A DNA stretch of 63,375 bases, the filler included, from Neoconidiobolus thromboides FSU 785 (lineage: Eukaryota > Fungi > Entomophthoromycota): the NCBI GenBank assembly GCA_025603075.1. It is 4 parts of 4 records of this genome, joined end to end, with 100 filler letters (N's around TTAATTAATTAA, not from the genome) between each part and the next. Parts side by side here need not be neighbours in the genome. Positions count along the whole stretch, not along the records: positions 36,762 to 49,491 come from MU626630.1; positions 49,592 to 63,375 come from MU626612.1; 2 more parts are not named here. One strand, given 5' to 3'. Below the pieces are notes generated by a model that saw nothing but the letters and a program-made list of their open reading frames with translations, did not search any database and was not told where the DNA came from. The position numbers were made by a program, and so were the translations under genes. Shown here in pieces: positions 37,954 to 49,744 of the stretch (positions are counted from its first letter, which is position 1; every line of letters begins with the position of its first letter).

Positions 37954-38859
37954 GGAAAATTTAAGTTCAAATGATGTATCTGTCAGTGAATTTAAGTTTA
38001 TTAAAGATTCATTTTAGAAATATATAACAATTTTAATAATTTTTTTGATTATGACTTTATAAATTAATATAATCAACAAATATATCATCTTAAAAATAAA
38101 TTAATATTATATAAATTGTTGTACTAAAATGACTTTTTAAAGTTTTCCAGTAGTTTAAACAATATTTTTGATTATTTAAGTTATATTTATAAATAATATT
38201 GCAAATTGGCGGAATTTCTATTAAATTTAATAGAAATCCTCAGATTAGCAAGACTTTTACTAGTATAACCCATATATTGATGTTAATCAAAGTCATATCA
38301 TGTAAATAAATACATATTATTATAAAACCTCATTGGGAAATATTTATTATTGACTGCTTTATACTCAACATCGCATATTTGTTATCAAATAAATAAACTA
38401 TTTTAATGTTATAGCTACATTATTGATATATCAATAAGTCAATAAATAGCTACACGGGGGGAGTGGTTAGCCCCAAAACTATAATTAACCATCCCTATAT
38501 AATACAAACAATATAATAATAGTTTTTACTTACTATTACAATTACTTACTTTCTGACTGTTAATAACTTAAGCAATATTAACATTTAATAATTGATTGTT
38601 ATCATTTAGCAAACTAATTGGTTATTGAATATTGAAAATTTTAAACTCTCTGTTATTTTCGTAAGCTGAGGTTGATCTTTTGATTTTTGTATTTTCTATA
38701 GATTCTATAACTTCAGTTGGGGCTATGTCGCTTTTTTTTTGATCTATCAGATACTAGATAACAATGTAATCTATTGTTACATTTAATAAAATGCAAACAT
38801 TTCTTAATGTCTTGTATTTCTGTGATTTTTTTGTATTTTTCATACTTTTTAAAAATTAT

Positions 38860-38962
38860 ATCTGGGGATGTTTTTTGTGTTTAAAAATTTTACTAACAAA
38901 TTTTCCACTCAAATAGCGCTTAAAAATGGAAAAACAATGAAACCAAAAAAACATTCTCATCT
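38860..38962 (-). mobile_element. MITE copy flanked by an ATCT direct repeat
   Basis: ATCT(38860-63)-GGGGATG...CATTCTC-ATCT(38959-62). Confidence 0.9.
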
Positions 38963-39186
38963 ATTTTCCCATTATTAACAGTTGAGTTGTTAATTTTGTT
39001 ATGTTCGCAAAAGTCTCAAATCTTGAAATTAGCTGATTGGTATTCTCTATTTTGCCTAATGCTTCAAAACTACTTTTTCATTGTGAAAGTCTTCCAAAAT
39101 ATCCGCCAACTATGCTTTTTCCATGATGCTCAGAAAAAGAATTAAGATAAATATTTAAACTACCATTTATTTTAAGAATTTCTTTA

Positions 39187-39292
39187 ATAAATGGGGTGTT
39201 TTTTTTATTTCACTCTTTTTCCATTTTTTAAATGGTATATAGGTGAGAAAATTTGCTAGTAAAATTCTTAAGCAAAAAATACATCCCCATAT
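39187..39292 (+). mobile_element. MITE copy
   Basis: GGGGTGTTTTT...ATACATCCCC-ATAT. Confidence 0.85.
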
Positions 39293-39576
39293 ATTAATCA
39301 GTTATAAACGATCATTTTGATAAAACCATATGAGATAGAAAATTTATAGCCTACTTTCTTCACAGTACTGTTTAACATTAAGATTTATTTTAAATTTAAA
39401 AACAAATAAAGTATTATATTTTAGATATTTGACTTAGATTTTCTACTTTTTTATACTAATTATCAAAGTATTGAACATTTTAAACGATTACCAAAGTAAT
39501 TAATTACACTAATAGTAGCTTTTTTGAATGAGTTAGATTTCCAAGCTTATTGAATAGAAAGAAATCTCATGAACTA

Positions 39577-39674
39577 ATATAACTATATTCTTTTTGAAAA
39601 CTTTACTAATTTTTCTCTCTCAATCGCGCTCAAAAAATACGTAAACAAATGAAATCAAAAAAGACATCTCTTTA
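39577..39674 (-). mobile_element. Degenerate MITE copy
   Basis: CTTTACTAATTTTTCTCTCTCAATCGCGCTCAAAAAA...ATGAAATCAAAAAAGACATCTC. Confidence 0.6.
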
Positions 39675-39723
39675 TATAACCCATATTTGAAATAAAGTGA
39701 TTCTTTGCATAAAATATATCAGA

Positions 39724-39830
39724 ATACGAGGATATTTTTTTTGGTTTCATTATTTTTTCCATTTTTTGAGCGCTATTTGAGCGGAAAATTTATTAGCAAA
39801 ATTCTTAAACAAAAAAATACATCGCCATAC
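39724..39830 (+). mobile_element. MITE copy flanked by an ATAC direct repeat
   Basis: ATAC(39724-27)-GAGGATA...CATCGCC-ATAC(39827-30). Confidence 0.9.
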
Positions 39831-40855
39831 TCTAAACGTTCATTCATGCAAAAAATCTTCTAAATATGGTTATGCTACTTTTCATATTATTCCCTAGTAA
39901 AGATTTTTTTAGGTTTCTCATCCAATAGGGTGGTATGGTTTTTATTTAAGGAAGTTTAGGAATTTGAAGAATATTGATATGTAGAATACCTGAAGGAAGT
40001 TTTTGAAGATAGGCAAATGTTTTAATGGGCGGAATAGAATTACACTACTGACGGGTGATAAAGATGGGAATCCTTTGACGAGCGATAAATCCTTTTATGA
40101 GCCTACTACAGGGCTACTTCTCCCTTGATAAAGGTTTTTTTAAATACAATTTTATGAAATCAGATAATTACTAGTTAAAAAGATGGGCGTTTTAAAGCTT
40201 AATTAAATTAAAAAATCTCTCGCTTCAGTTTAATTATTATTTTCATCAAAATATTAAAGAGAGTCTTATGGCTCCTTTAAGAATATAAAAAATACAAATT
40301 ACCCAAGGCTTAATATTTTCCAGTTCCAACTTATTGTAAGGCTTGTAAGCAAAAGAAAAATACTGATAAAATAGTTAATTCCTTGCTGAATTTTAAAATA
40401 AATTACAGGAATTCCCCGAATTTTGATCAAAATCACAAGAATTTTTTTAGAATTTACTTGTTTGAAGTCTCCCATATTAAATTGTATAATCTGTAAGGAA
40501 AACTAACTCAAAGTAGCTCAGGCTTTTAGCAAATATAGTAAGCTAAAACCATTCATACAAGAGATACATAAACCTAATATGAAATTTTGTATAGATTATC
40601 GGAAAAATTTGAGATAAAACATTGAGTAAACTTTAGAAATTTCGATCATGAAATGGTATATTTATAAATGGCTATAATAAAGGCTTGAAAAGTAGATAAA
40701 TAGCATTGTATAAAGCAGTAAAACTGATAATCTATCAACTGAAAATACAATCAACGCTAGATCAATCAGGTATAAAAAGTATAAAAGACAGAAAAAATAT
40801 GACTAAAAATATTAAAAAATCAAATAGAAAATAACATATCAGCCTAAACAAACCA

Positions 40856-41626
40856 ATGGGATTTCCTCTCATTTTCGCCTCCATCGGTACTACTATTACT
40901 GCAAACGTCCCGTTTAATTCTGCATCTAGTCGTATTGTAGGTGGTTATGAAGTATTGCCAAAATTCAGATACCCTTGGATGGTATCTCTTGCGCATAATG
41001 GCATTCATAATTGTGGTGGCACTTTATTCAATGGAAACACTGTGATTGCAGCTTCTCATTGTGATAATGGATCAATATCATCATGAGCTGCCCATGTGCA
41101 TCGTTATGATTTGGAAGAAGATGAATCCTTTGAGCACGGAAGAATTTACACTATCAAATCTCGTATCGCTCATCCAAATTATGACACAAATACTAACGAT
41201 TTTGATTTTTTTATTTGGAAACTAAATACTGCAGCTGAATCATCCATTGACGTTGAGCTTGACAATGGGGAATATGCTAGCACGGAGCATATACGTCTTA
41301 AAGTTATTGGATGGGGTCATACTTCTCATAAAGGTGAGGGTTCAGCCATTCTTTTGGAGGTTAAGCTTCCAGTATATAATGAACGCAGATGCAAAAAAGT
41401 ATACTCTTACTTAGACACTGAATCTCAATTTTGTGCTGGCTATCTAGAAGGAGGTAAAGATTCTTGTCAAGGTGATTCTGGAGGTCCAATCTTTACTGAA
41501 AAAGGTACCACTCCAATATTAGTTGGTGTTGTCTCATGGGGCGAAAGGTGTGGTGATAGTGGTAAACCAGGTGTATATACTCGTGCTTCAGCTGTTGCAG
41601 ACTTTATTCATCAGCATTCTAAATAA
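40856..41626 (+). pseudogene. Trypsin-like serine protease (S1A) with a single premature TGA
   Basis: Signal peptide, RIVGG, AASHC and [10 protein letters not shown] present. TGA at 41084-41086 aligns with a Trp (TGG) in the intact paralog; same 771-nt length. Confidence 0.85.
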
Positions 41627-41814
41627 AACCATTGAAGTTTTGGTAAGTTTGTAAAATAGTGTAAACTATTAAATATTGGTTTAGGGAGTTATAAACTATA
41701 AAACCTTTGATAATTCTATTATTATTATGTTTAGTTTATACTTGTAAATTTGCAAACTTATAATATTGACAAAACATTAGCAAAATATCATTTTTTAGTC
41801 TTTAAAAGTTAAGC

Positions 41815-41915
41815 TTATGGGGATGTCTTTTTTGGCTTCGCTTTTCCCATCTTTTGAGTACTTGAGGAGAAAAATTGTTAGTAAAATCCTTAAACACAAA
41901 AATACATCCGCATAT
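41815..41915 (+). mobile_element. MITE copy
   Basis: TTAT-GGGGATGTC...ATACATCCGC-ATAT. Confidence 0.85.
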
Positions 41916-43482
41916 ATCCAATTTATCGGTCACATCTTTAAATTTTCTTACAGCTAAGGGTGTTTTACGCTTAAAACATGGTATGGGTATAAATATATAT
42001 AATAAAAAATAAAAAACAGCAATAGACGTTTATTTGCATGATTTATATTGGTTTGAAATTTGTATATATATGCCTAGTATTGGACGTATTTATTTGCTAT
42101 GTAAAACAAACACCATGTATATTTGATTTAAAAATAATTTTTGTTCATTTAAAGTCCTTATTATATGTAAGGGCATCGTATAATAATGTCAAATAAAGTA
42201 AAATGTATACAGTCTATTATTAAGAATAGTTACAACCATAACAAACCAGTAAATACAGTGATATAGTACAAATTAGCTATGAATAGATATCTAAATGACA
42301 GTATAGGGTATAAAGCTCCAAATTTTAAGAATCTATTTAATCAATACCATTAGATGCTAACTTAATTTAGTATTTATAAAGCACAATGTTATTTATAAAA
42401 ATGAATTGTATATACATAGATTTTTATTTTTTATTTTTATTTTTATTTTTATCTTAATTTCAATTTTAATTAGTTTTTTTTAAATCAATTAAAACTAAGT
42501 TTAAAATACATAAATTTTTGCCATCTTATTTGCTTTTTTATTAATTTGCAACAGATAATAAATTAATAGAAGTAATAAATGATAAGGGAGAGTAACATCA
42601 TTTTTGATAAAGGGATGTCATTTAAGCATTTTTGATTTAAATACTAACAGCTTGAAATAGTAGTGAATTTACAGCTAGTTCATCTTGAAAATAAAGTGGA
42701 GTTTTACTTTAAATAAAATTAGGTCTAAAATCCTAGTAAAATCAGGCTAAAATTTTCAAGCAATGATTTTTTCCATATTTTAATAAATATAGATTATAAA
42801 TTAACTAATTTTTACTAGCTCATTGTAATTTCACTGATAGTGCTTTTGTACTATTAAAATCAAAAATCTTCAAACGTTTTAACTTCCTACTATTTTAAGA
42901 TTCTATTTTTTATTTTAAGATATTTTTAGCTAATTATAATCCAACATAACTAATATAAGAAAAGGATACTATCAACAACAATAGTCAAAATTATAGCATA
43001 TCAGATTACATTTATTTATAACCTTCCAGTTATTATAAACTTCAATGCAAATCTTTGATTTTTCAAGCAGCAAACTTAAAAAATCAGCCATTTGCTTGAC
43101 TGGTTTTTAAAAAAAAATACCACTATTTATTTTCAATTTGAAATGGATCAGCTGCATTGCTAAAGTTAATGAATTAAACTTTATATTTAATCAGATCCCT
43201 TGTTACCAGTTTGAAATTACACAAAACTATTTCTTGTTGCAACACATTATTGGCAAAGGTATATAGCTCTATTTGATGTTATTAGTCTTGCATAGTATTC
43301 TTTTTGTTATTCTTTTTCTAATATAATCAATGATAGCTTAAACAATGGCAATATAATAAATTTGAAGTTGTATAATATTTTCCTATTTTTAATTTAAACT
43401 CATTTAACTTAAGAATAAATGGTTTAAGAAATCTCAAATGATTAAAAAAGACAAATGATTTTTTTAATGACATATTAAATTG

Positions 43483-43584
43483 ATATGGGGATGTGTTTTT
43501 TGTTTAAGAATTTTACTAACAATCTTTCCACTCAAATAGCCCTTAAAAATGGAAAAAGTAATGAAACCAAAAACATCCCCATAT
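43483..43584 (-). mobile_element. MITE copy
   Basis: ATAT-GGGGATGTG...ACATCCCC-ATAT. Confidence 0.9.
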
Positions 43585-43962
43585 GTTATAGGTACATATT
43601 AAATCGTGTAAAAAATCATAGCAAAGCTGCTTTGATTAAAACCTCTCAAACTTTTAGGAACTATTACAAGGTAAAATTGCAGATAGCAAGTAATGGCTAA
43701 GGTAATAGATTTATTTCAATTTAATGAAGCACATTCGATACTCATTTAAAATACAAGATAAATGCTGACGAATTTATCCTTAAAAAAGCAAATTTATAAA
43801 ATAACTAAATTAAAAAAATGCTCAAAAAGTTAGCATTTAAATGGTAAGCTATTGTACAAATTAGATAGCCTACTAATTAAGAATATAATTAATATCACGT
43901 TAAACAAGTGTGATTTTTATAAAAAAAACAATTAAGATTAAAAGCACGATCAAAGACACAGC

Positions 43963-43971
43963 TATAAAAGC
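43963..43971 (+). promoter_or_regulatory. Probable TATA box of the intact trypsin gene
   Basis: CTATAAAAG ~40 bp upstream of the ATG; a similar element (CTATAAAAAC) precedes the 47690 paralog. Confidence 0.45.
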
Positions 43972-44005
43972 CGATCAAAATATCGGAATATGTTTAAACA
44001 ATTCA

Positions 44006-44776
44006 ATGAAATCTTCTCTTATCTTTACTCTTCTCGGTACTGCCATTGCTGCTGATATCCCATTCAAAACACCACCTGGTCGTATTGTAGGTGGTTACGA
44101 AGTATCTCCAAAATTTAAATATCCATGGATGGTGTCTTTAGCTTATGGAGGTTCTCACTCATGTGGTGGTACTTTATATAATGGGAATACTGTAATTACA
44201 GCTGCACATTGTGTTATTGGATCAACTTCATCATGGACTGCTCGTGTACATCGTCATAACTTGGATGCAACTGAATCCTCTGAGCAAGGGAAAACTTACA
44301 AAATCAAATCTCGTACTGTTCATCCAAATTATGACACAAATACTAACGCTTTTGATGTTTCTATTTGGAAACTCAATACTGTAACCGGACCATCAACCGG
44401 TGTTAAGCTCGATTCTGGTAAATATTCAAGTACAGATAATACTTTACTTAAAGTTATTGGATGGGGCACGACAACTGAAGGAGGCGATGTTTCATCTGTT
44501 CTTTTAGAAGTTAAAGTACCAGTATTTAATGCTGCTAAATGTAAGCAAGCTTATTCAGATTTGGATACCATTACTCAATTCTGTGCTGCTTATCCAGAAG
44601 GAGGTAAAGACTCTTGTCAAGGTGATTCTGGAGGTCCAATCTTTACTGAAGAAGGTACCACTCCAATATTAGTTGGTATTGTTTCATGGGGTGAGGGTTG
44701 TGCTGAAAGCGGTAAACCAGGTGTATATACTCGTGCTTCAGCTGTTGCAGACTTTATCAGTAAAAATTCTAAATAA
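44006..44776 (+). CDS. Secreted trypsin-like serine protease (S1A), intronless, 256 aa
   Basis: MKSSLIFTLLG signal, PPGR|IVGG activation site, TAAHC, FDVSIWKL and [10 protein letters not shown] (Asp in the S1 pocket). Confidence 0.95.
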   Translation: MKSSLIFTLLGTAIAADIPFKTPPGRIVGGYEVSPKFKYPWMVSLAYGGSHSCGGTLYNGNTVITAAHCVIGSTSSWTARVHRHNLDATESSEQGKTYKIKSRTVHPNYDTNTNAFDVSIWKLNTVTGPSTGVKLDSGKYSSTDNTLLKVIGWGTTTEGGDVSSVLLEVKVPVFNAAKCKQAYSDLDTITQFCAAYPEGGKDSCQGDSGGPIFTEEGTTPILVGIVSWGEGCAESGKPGVYTRASAVADFISKNSK

Positions 44777-45883
44777 GCATGTTTGAATTCTAATAAATCT
44801 TAAGCTTCATCAAGTTATAAAATTCAATAATTTTAATTTAAATGCTTTTATCACATTTAGTTGATGTTTAAATTCTACAAAATGTTTATCTTTAGAGCAT
44901 TATGTTTACTTCCTTAATTTACAGCTATAGCAACGACCAAAGCTTCTAATAAAATATTGTTTAATCATTTTCCAGAATCACTTTTTCAATATCATTGACC
45001 TTGGGCGTTTGTTACAAGGCGTAACCACAACTGTTGATTTGTCGCACCAACAGAAATTGATTTTGAGGGACAAAATTAAATCACATTTTTTAATTACTTT
45101 TTTTATTTATAATGCAAGATAATGATCTACATACTTATAATTGAGTTTCCTTTACACTAAATAATATTAAGTCTCTGATATTTTTACATTTATTTTGATA
45201 ATCAATCACATTTAAACTTAGTGGCATACCATTTTCCTGATTTTCTTGATCTGATTCTTGCCAAACTTTGAGTTTTATTGCTAAATCGGTTTATAATCAT
45301 AATCCTTCTTTATGCTCAACGGTCTATTCTTTCTGTATATATATAGCTTCCAATTGAGGATATGTTCATATTTTTGTAAGAGTTATCCGCCTTTTGAGTA
45401 TACTCTTCTAAAGATAACCTTATCTAATTTTTCAAGATATCCAACTAGTAAAGATATAAAAATCAAAGCTATTTGAATTTTCAAAAACCTAATCATTGCC
45501 TTAATTTTTTGCTCTATGTTAGGTTTTGAAATTTCATAATATTCAGATTAAATAAAAATTTATAAGAATATATATAATATCAAAATACTATTCTAGCTCA
45601 TGTATTTGTTTGTGTTTAAGGATACCTTATTCTTTAATTGTAATACCATGAATATGTATATGGTTAGAAGCAACGATTAAAGATGGATGATTATGTCCCT
45701 ATTGATTATTTTGGTTTAATATGTAGACATTTTTTCATGTGTGCACTTTTTTATCACTTAAACAAAATATTATGTGTTACTTAATTAAATAAATTATATC
45801 CGTTTGGTTTTAAAAAGCCTTGTTATACACAAGCAATGTCATGTGTATATTTTTAAAGTAAACTTGAGTACTCAAAAATTATT

Positions 45884-45988
45884 ACATGGAGATATATTTT
45901 TGTATTTGAGAATTTTACTAACAATTTTTCCACTCAAATAGCGCTTAAAAGATAGAAAAAATAATAATACCAAAAAACATCACCATAT
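45884..45988 (-). mobile_element. MITE copy
   Basis: ACAT-GGAGATA...CATCACC-ATAT. Confidence 0.88.
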
Positions 45989-47689
45989 GATGTCATCTTT
46001 ACCGACGTTATCTTAGTTTTATCATCCAAACCTATTAGCTTCAAGGCCTTTATACTCATTACAGATTTATGTATCGTCCAAAAAGCTAATCAGCTTTATA
46101 GTTTGATCTGCTCTAAGAGAACAATACTTCTTCTAACCTCGTCGTCTTCGTTATTATATGGGAATTTATCTGAGGAACTGAAGTTAAATAGGTTTTATTT
46201 CGCCATTAGGTTCTTTCGAAGATAGGCAATTGCTAGACATGATTCATATCTTACCAGATAATTCTTCATAATAGATCCGCCTCTTAAACTTACTGGTGTA
46301 AATATTTAGATTTCTGCTTCACCTAATTAAATACTTGACACCTTGGAATTTTAATAGAAAGTAAAATTTTATGAAGTTTTTATAGCTTTGATATTACATC
46401 AAATACATATGGGAATATTTTTTATTTATTGCTCTATTTTGATTTTTAAATTTAGAAATTATTTAATCAATGGAGCTGTTTAAGTTCGAACGTGTGCTAG
46501 GAAAGGATGGATTTTATAGTTAACTATTTGTTTATGCTAACTAATTGTTCATCTTAAATAAAATTAACAAGCCTTAAATGAGCATAATAAGAGAAACTTA
46601 AACAAGGTACTGGTTAATTAATTTCTAAATTTAAAAAAATAATAAAGGATAATCAGTATAAAACATCCTCATACATTCTTTTAAATTCATCCATGTGTAA
46701 GTATTGTAAAAAACAATGTACAATGTAAAACTAAAATACAAATGAATTGACTAATATTAAACTTCAAGTAAGTATAGAAATAACATAGTTGAATGATGAT
46801 ATACCAAATAATATGCTGTCTGTAATTATATATTAAAAGAGAAAAATCCTATGCTCTTCTTTTGTTTAAATATGCTATCCAAATTGAAGGGCATTAAACA
46901 GATCTTTAGTACTTAATTATATTTTTGTATTATATGGATTACAAAGGGTAGCAGTTTCGACACAACAAATAAAAAAATCATGTATTTTTTGATAATCGAG
47001 TAAACCACTTGAGTGGGCATTAGATTTAATATAGACAAGTAAAAATAATAATTTCAGCATCAATTAAAAACAATGAAAACAACTTATATTTCAATCAGAA
47101 TTTATATCAATAATACAAAAAATGATACAAGCTTTATTTTCTAACAGATTACATTACTAAAAATTAAATCAACTGTTAAAAATTATAAATATTTTATATA
47201 ATAAGCTAACTTGGCGTTATTGTTTTTAGTAGTAATGAAGATTATATGTTTTGTGCAATAACGAATCAAAGAAACCTAATAAATGTGATTTTAAATTTTT
47301 TTAATATGACCATACTAGACTTTAGAGTAAGCGTGTCGAGGGATACAGATTATGAAAATAGATTAGATGTCAGTTGTATATCGAAGATACTTAAGCCTAC
47401 ATGTAAATCTTTTGCATTATATATTTAGTATTATACAACCACTTTGTGGTACGAAGTTTTTCAATAAATAGGTTGTCAAAAAGACATATTTACAAGCAAT
47501 AAAAGATACATATAAAGCAAGTATATATATAGAAAACCAATAAATAAGCTAGATAGACTAAAATTTGTAACAATAGATATTATCATTAAATATATATGCT
47601 CTATAGAAAAAGCAAGCAAAAGTTTTGGGTTGATTTAAAGCTAGCTATAAAAACTGATTAGAATATTTAAAGTCTATTTGAACGATTTA

Positions 47690-48456
47690 ATGAGATCTGC
47701 TTTTATTTTGACTCTCCTTGGTGCTACCACTATTACTGATGTTCCATTCGAAGCCCCGCCTGGTCGTATTGTAGGCGGTTACAAAATATCTCCGAAATTC
47801 AAACACTCATGGGCAGCATCTCCCGCTTACAGATCACTTTACGCATTTCACACTTTATACAGCTGGAATACTATTATCTTAGCCACTGATTGTGTTATTG
47901 GGGAGGATTCGTCATGGACTGCTCGTGTATACCGCCACAGACCCCAAGCTAGTGGATTTTCTGACCAAGGAGAGAGTTATGAAATCAAAGGTCTAGCTGC
48001 TCATCCAAATTATGATATAGATAATAGCACTTACGACATTTATATCTAGAAACTTGATATCGAAGCTGGCCCATCTACTGAGACTAAAATTGATTCTGGC
48101 AACTACTTTATCATGGAAATATTTTGCTTAAAGCTACTGTATGGCGCCATACTTTCGGAGTGTCTGCAACTTTAAGAACCCTTTTAGGAGTTAAAGTGTC
48201 AGTATTTAATGCTGCTAAATGTAAGCAAGCTTATTCAGATTTGGACACTAAGACTCAATTCTGTGCTGCTTATCCAGAAGGAGGTAAAGACTCTTTTCAA
48301 GGTGATTCTGGAGGTCCAATCTTTACTGAAGAAGGTACCACTCCAATATTAGTTGGTATTGTTTCATGGGGTGAGGGCTGTGCTCTTAAAGGCAAACCAG
48401 GTGTATATACTCGTGCTTCAACTGTTACTGATTTTATTAATCGAAACCCTGAATAG
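47690..48456 (+). pseudogene. Trypsin pseudogene with a decayed 5' half and a well-preserved 3' end
   Basis: Frameshifts, AAHC>ATDC, TAG at the IWKL Trp (48047-48049) and C>F in DSCQG. The 3' 220 bp is nearly identical to the 49272-49491 copy. Confidence 0.9.
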
Positions 48457-49235
48457 GTATGCTAAAATACTAACAAACTTACAAAACAGTTTAACTAATT
48501 TAATTTCGCCTTTTTAATCTATAAAGTTTCAAAGCTTATTGACTTTTCTAATTTTAACAAGCTAGTTCCTTCGTGAAAACTTATAAAATGCAAATATCAG
48601 TTGATAGTGCTTTTTAGTTCATAAAACTCAAAATTGCATTGTTATTAAGCTTTAAAGCTATATAATCATTTGCTTCATTAAGATTATAAAACAAGATATT
48701 GTCTAACTCTAAATTTAAAGTAAAAGTATTATTCAACAAGCGCCGATCTGGAATCAATCTATTTCATAAATGAATGCTTCTTATAACTGCTGCAATTCTA
48801 TTGTAACCTAAGCAAGCAATTGTTTAATAAAGTTTTGGTAAAATTATGTTAAAAAAAGGATTTTCATTAAAAAATCGTGCATAAAAACTGACTCCAAAAA
48901 TCATCGCAAATTAGGTCCAATAGAGTTGCAGCAAATGTATCAAAATCAATTCTTAAGATTGATTGCTTTGAAAGTATCTAATATAATGCCAAAAATTGCT
49001 CCAAAAAATGAAGCTCTCAGTTGCTGTAATAATATTACATAATAAAATTTTGTACACTTAGAACAAATCTAAATAATGGTAAACTATATTAAAAAACATG
49101 TGTAATATTTCAATAACTTACAATTAAAGTATATAAGACTTAAGATATAAAAATTTCTTATCAAATATCAAAGATCTAATATAGAAATTTATAAAAGCAT
49201 TTATTAAAATATCTTTCAAAAATATGATAAAGGAA

Positions 49236-49491
49236 TTAACTAGAATTCTTATTAATAAAATCAGCAACAGCTGAAGCACGAGTATATACACCTGGTTTGC
49301 CTTTAAGAGCACAGCCCTCACCCCATGAAACAATACCAACTAATATTGGAGTGGTACCTTCTTCAGTAAAGATTGGACCTCCAGAATCACCTTGACAAGA
49401 GTCTTTACCTCCTTCTGGATAAGCAGCACAGAATTGAGTCTTAGTGTCCAAATCTGAATAAGCTTGCTTACATTTAGCAGCATTAAACACT
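49236..49491 (-). CDS. 3' end of a further trypsin-like protease, cut by the contig end
   Basis: FNAAKC...[10 protein letters not shown]...[18 protein letters not shown]. Confidence 0.9.
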
Positions 49492-49591
49492 NNNNNNNNN
49501 NNNNNNNNNNNNNNNNNNNNNNNNNNNNNNNNNNNTTAATTAATTAANNNNNNNNNNNNNNNNNNNNNNNNNNNNNNNNNNNNNNNNNNNN
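49492..49591. other. Artificial contig spacer
   Basis: N run with the TTAATTAATTAA linker. Confidence 0.97.
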
Positions 49592-49744
49592 AAGAAGCCA
49601 TAATTTTATCTATACCACTTATTAGAATAAGGAAGATAAAAATAATAACTCGAATAAAGTTTAACTTGAAAAAATAAAAAAATAAGAAAAAAAGTAATAA
49701 ATTCATATAAATTTTACTAATATATTGTTGAATGAAGTACAGCT

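Noticed and set aside
39900-40140. GC-richer patches here and at ~46000-46320 sharing GAAGATAGGCAA
   Set aside because: Only 12 bp are shared, there is no sustained reading frame, and I could not assign a family.
43910-44005. Upstream extension of the trypsin ORF given in the track (also extensions at 5549-5560, 47678 and 63185-63244)
   Set aside because: These start at non-ATG codons or lie upstream of the ATG that begins the signal peptide or domain.
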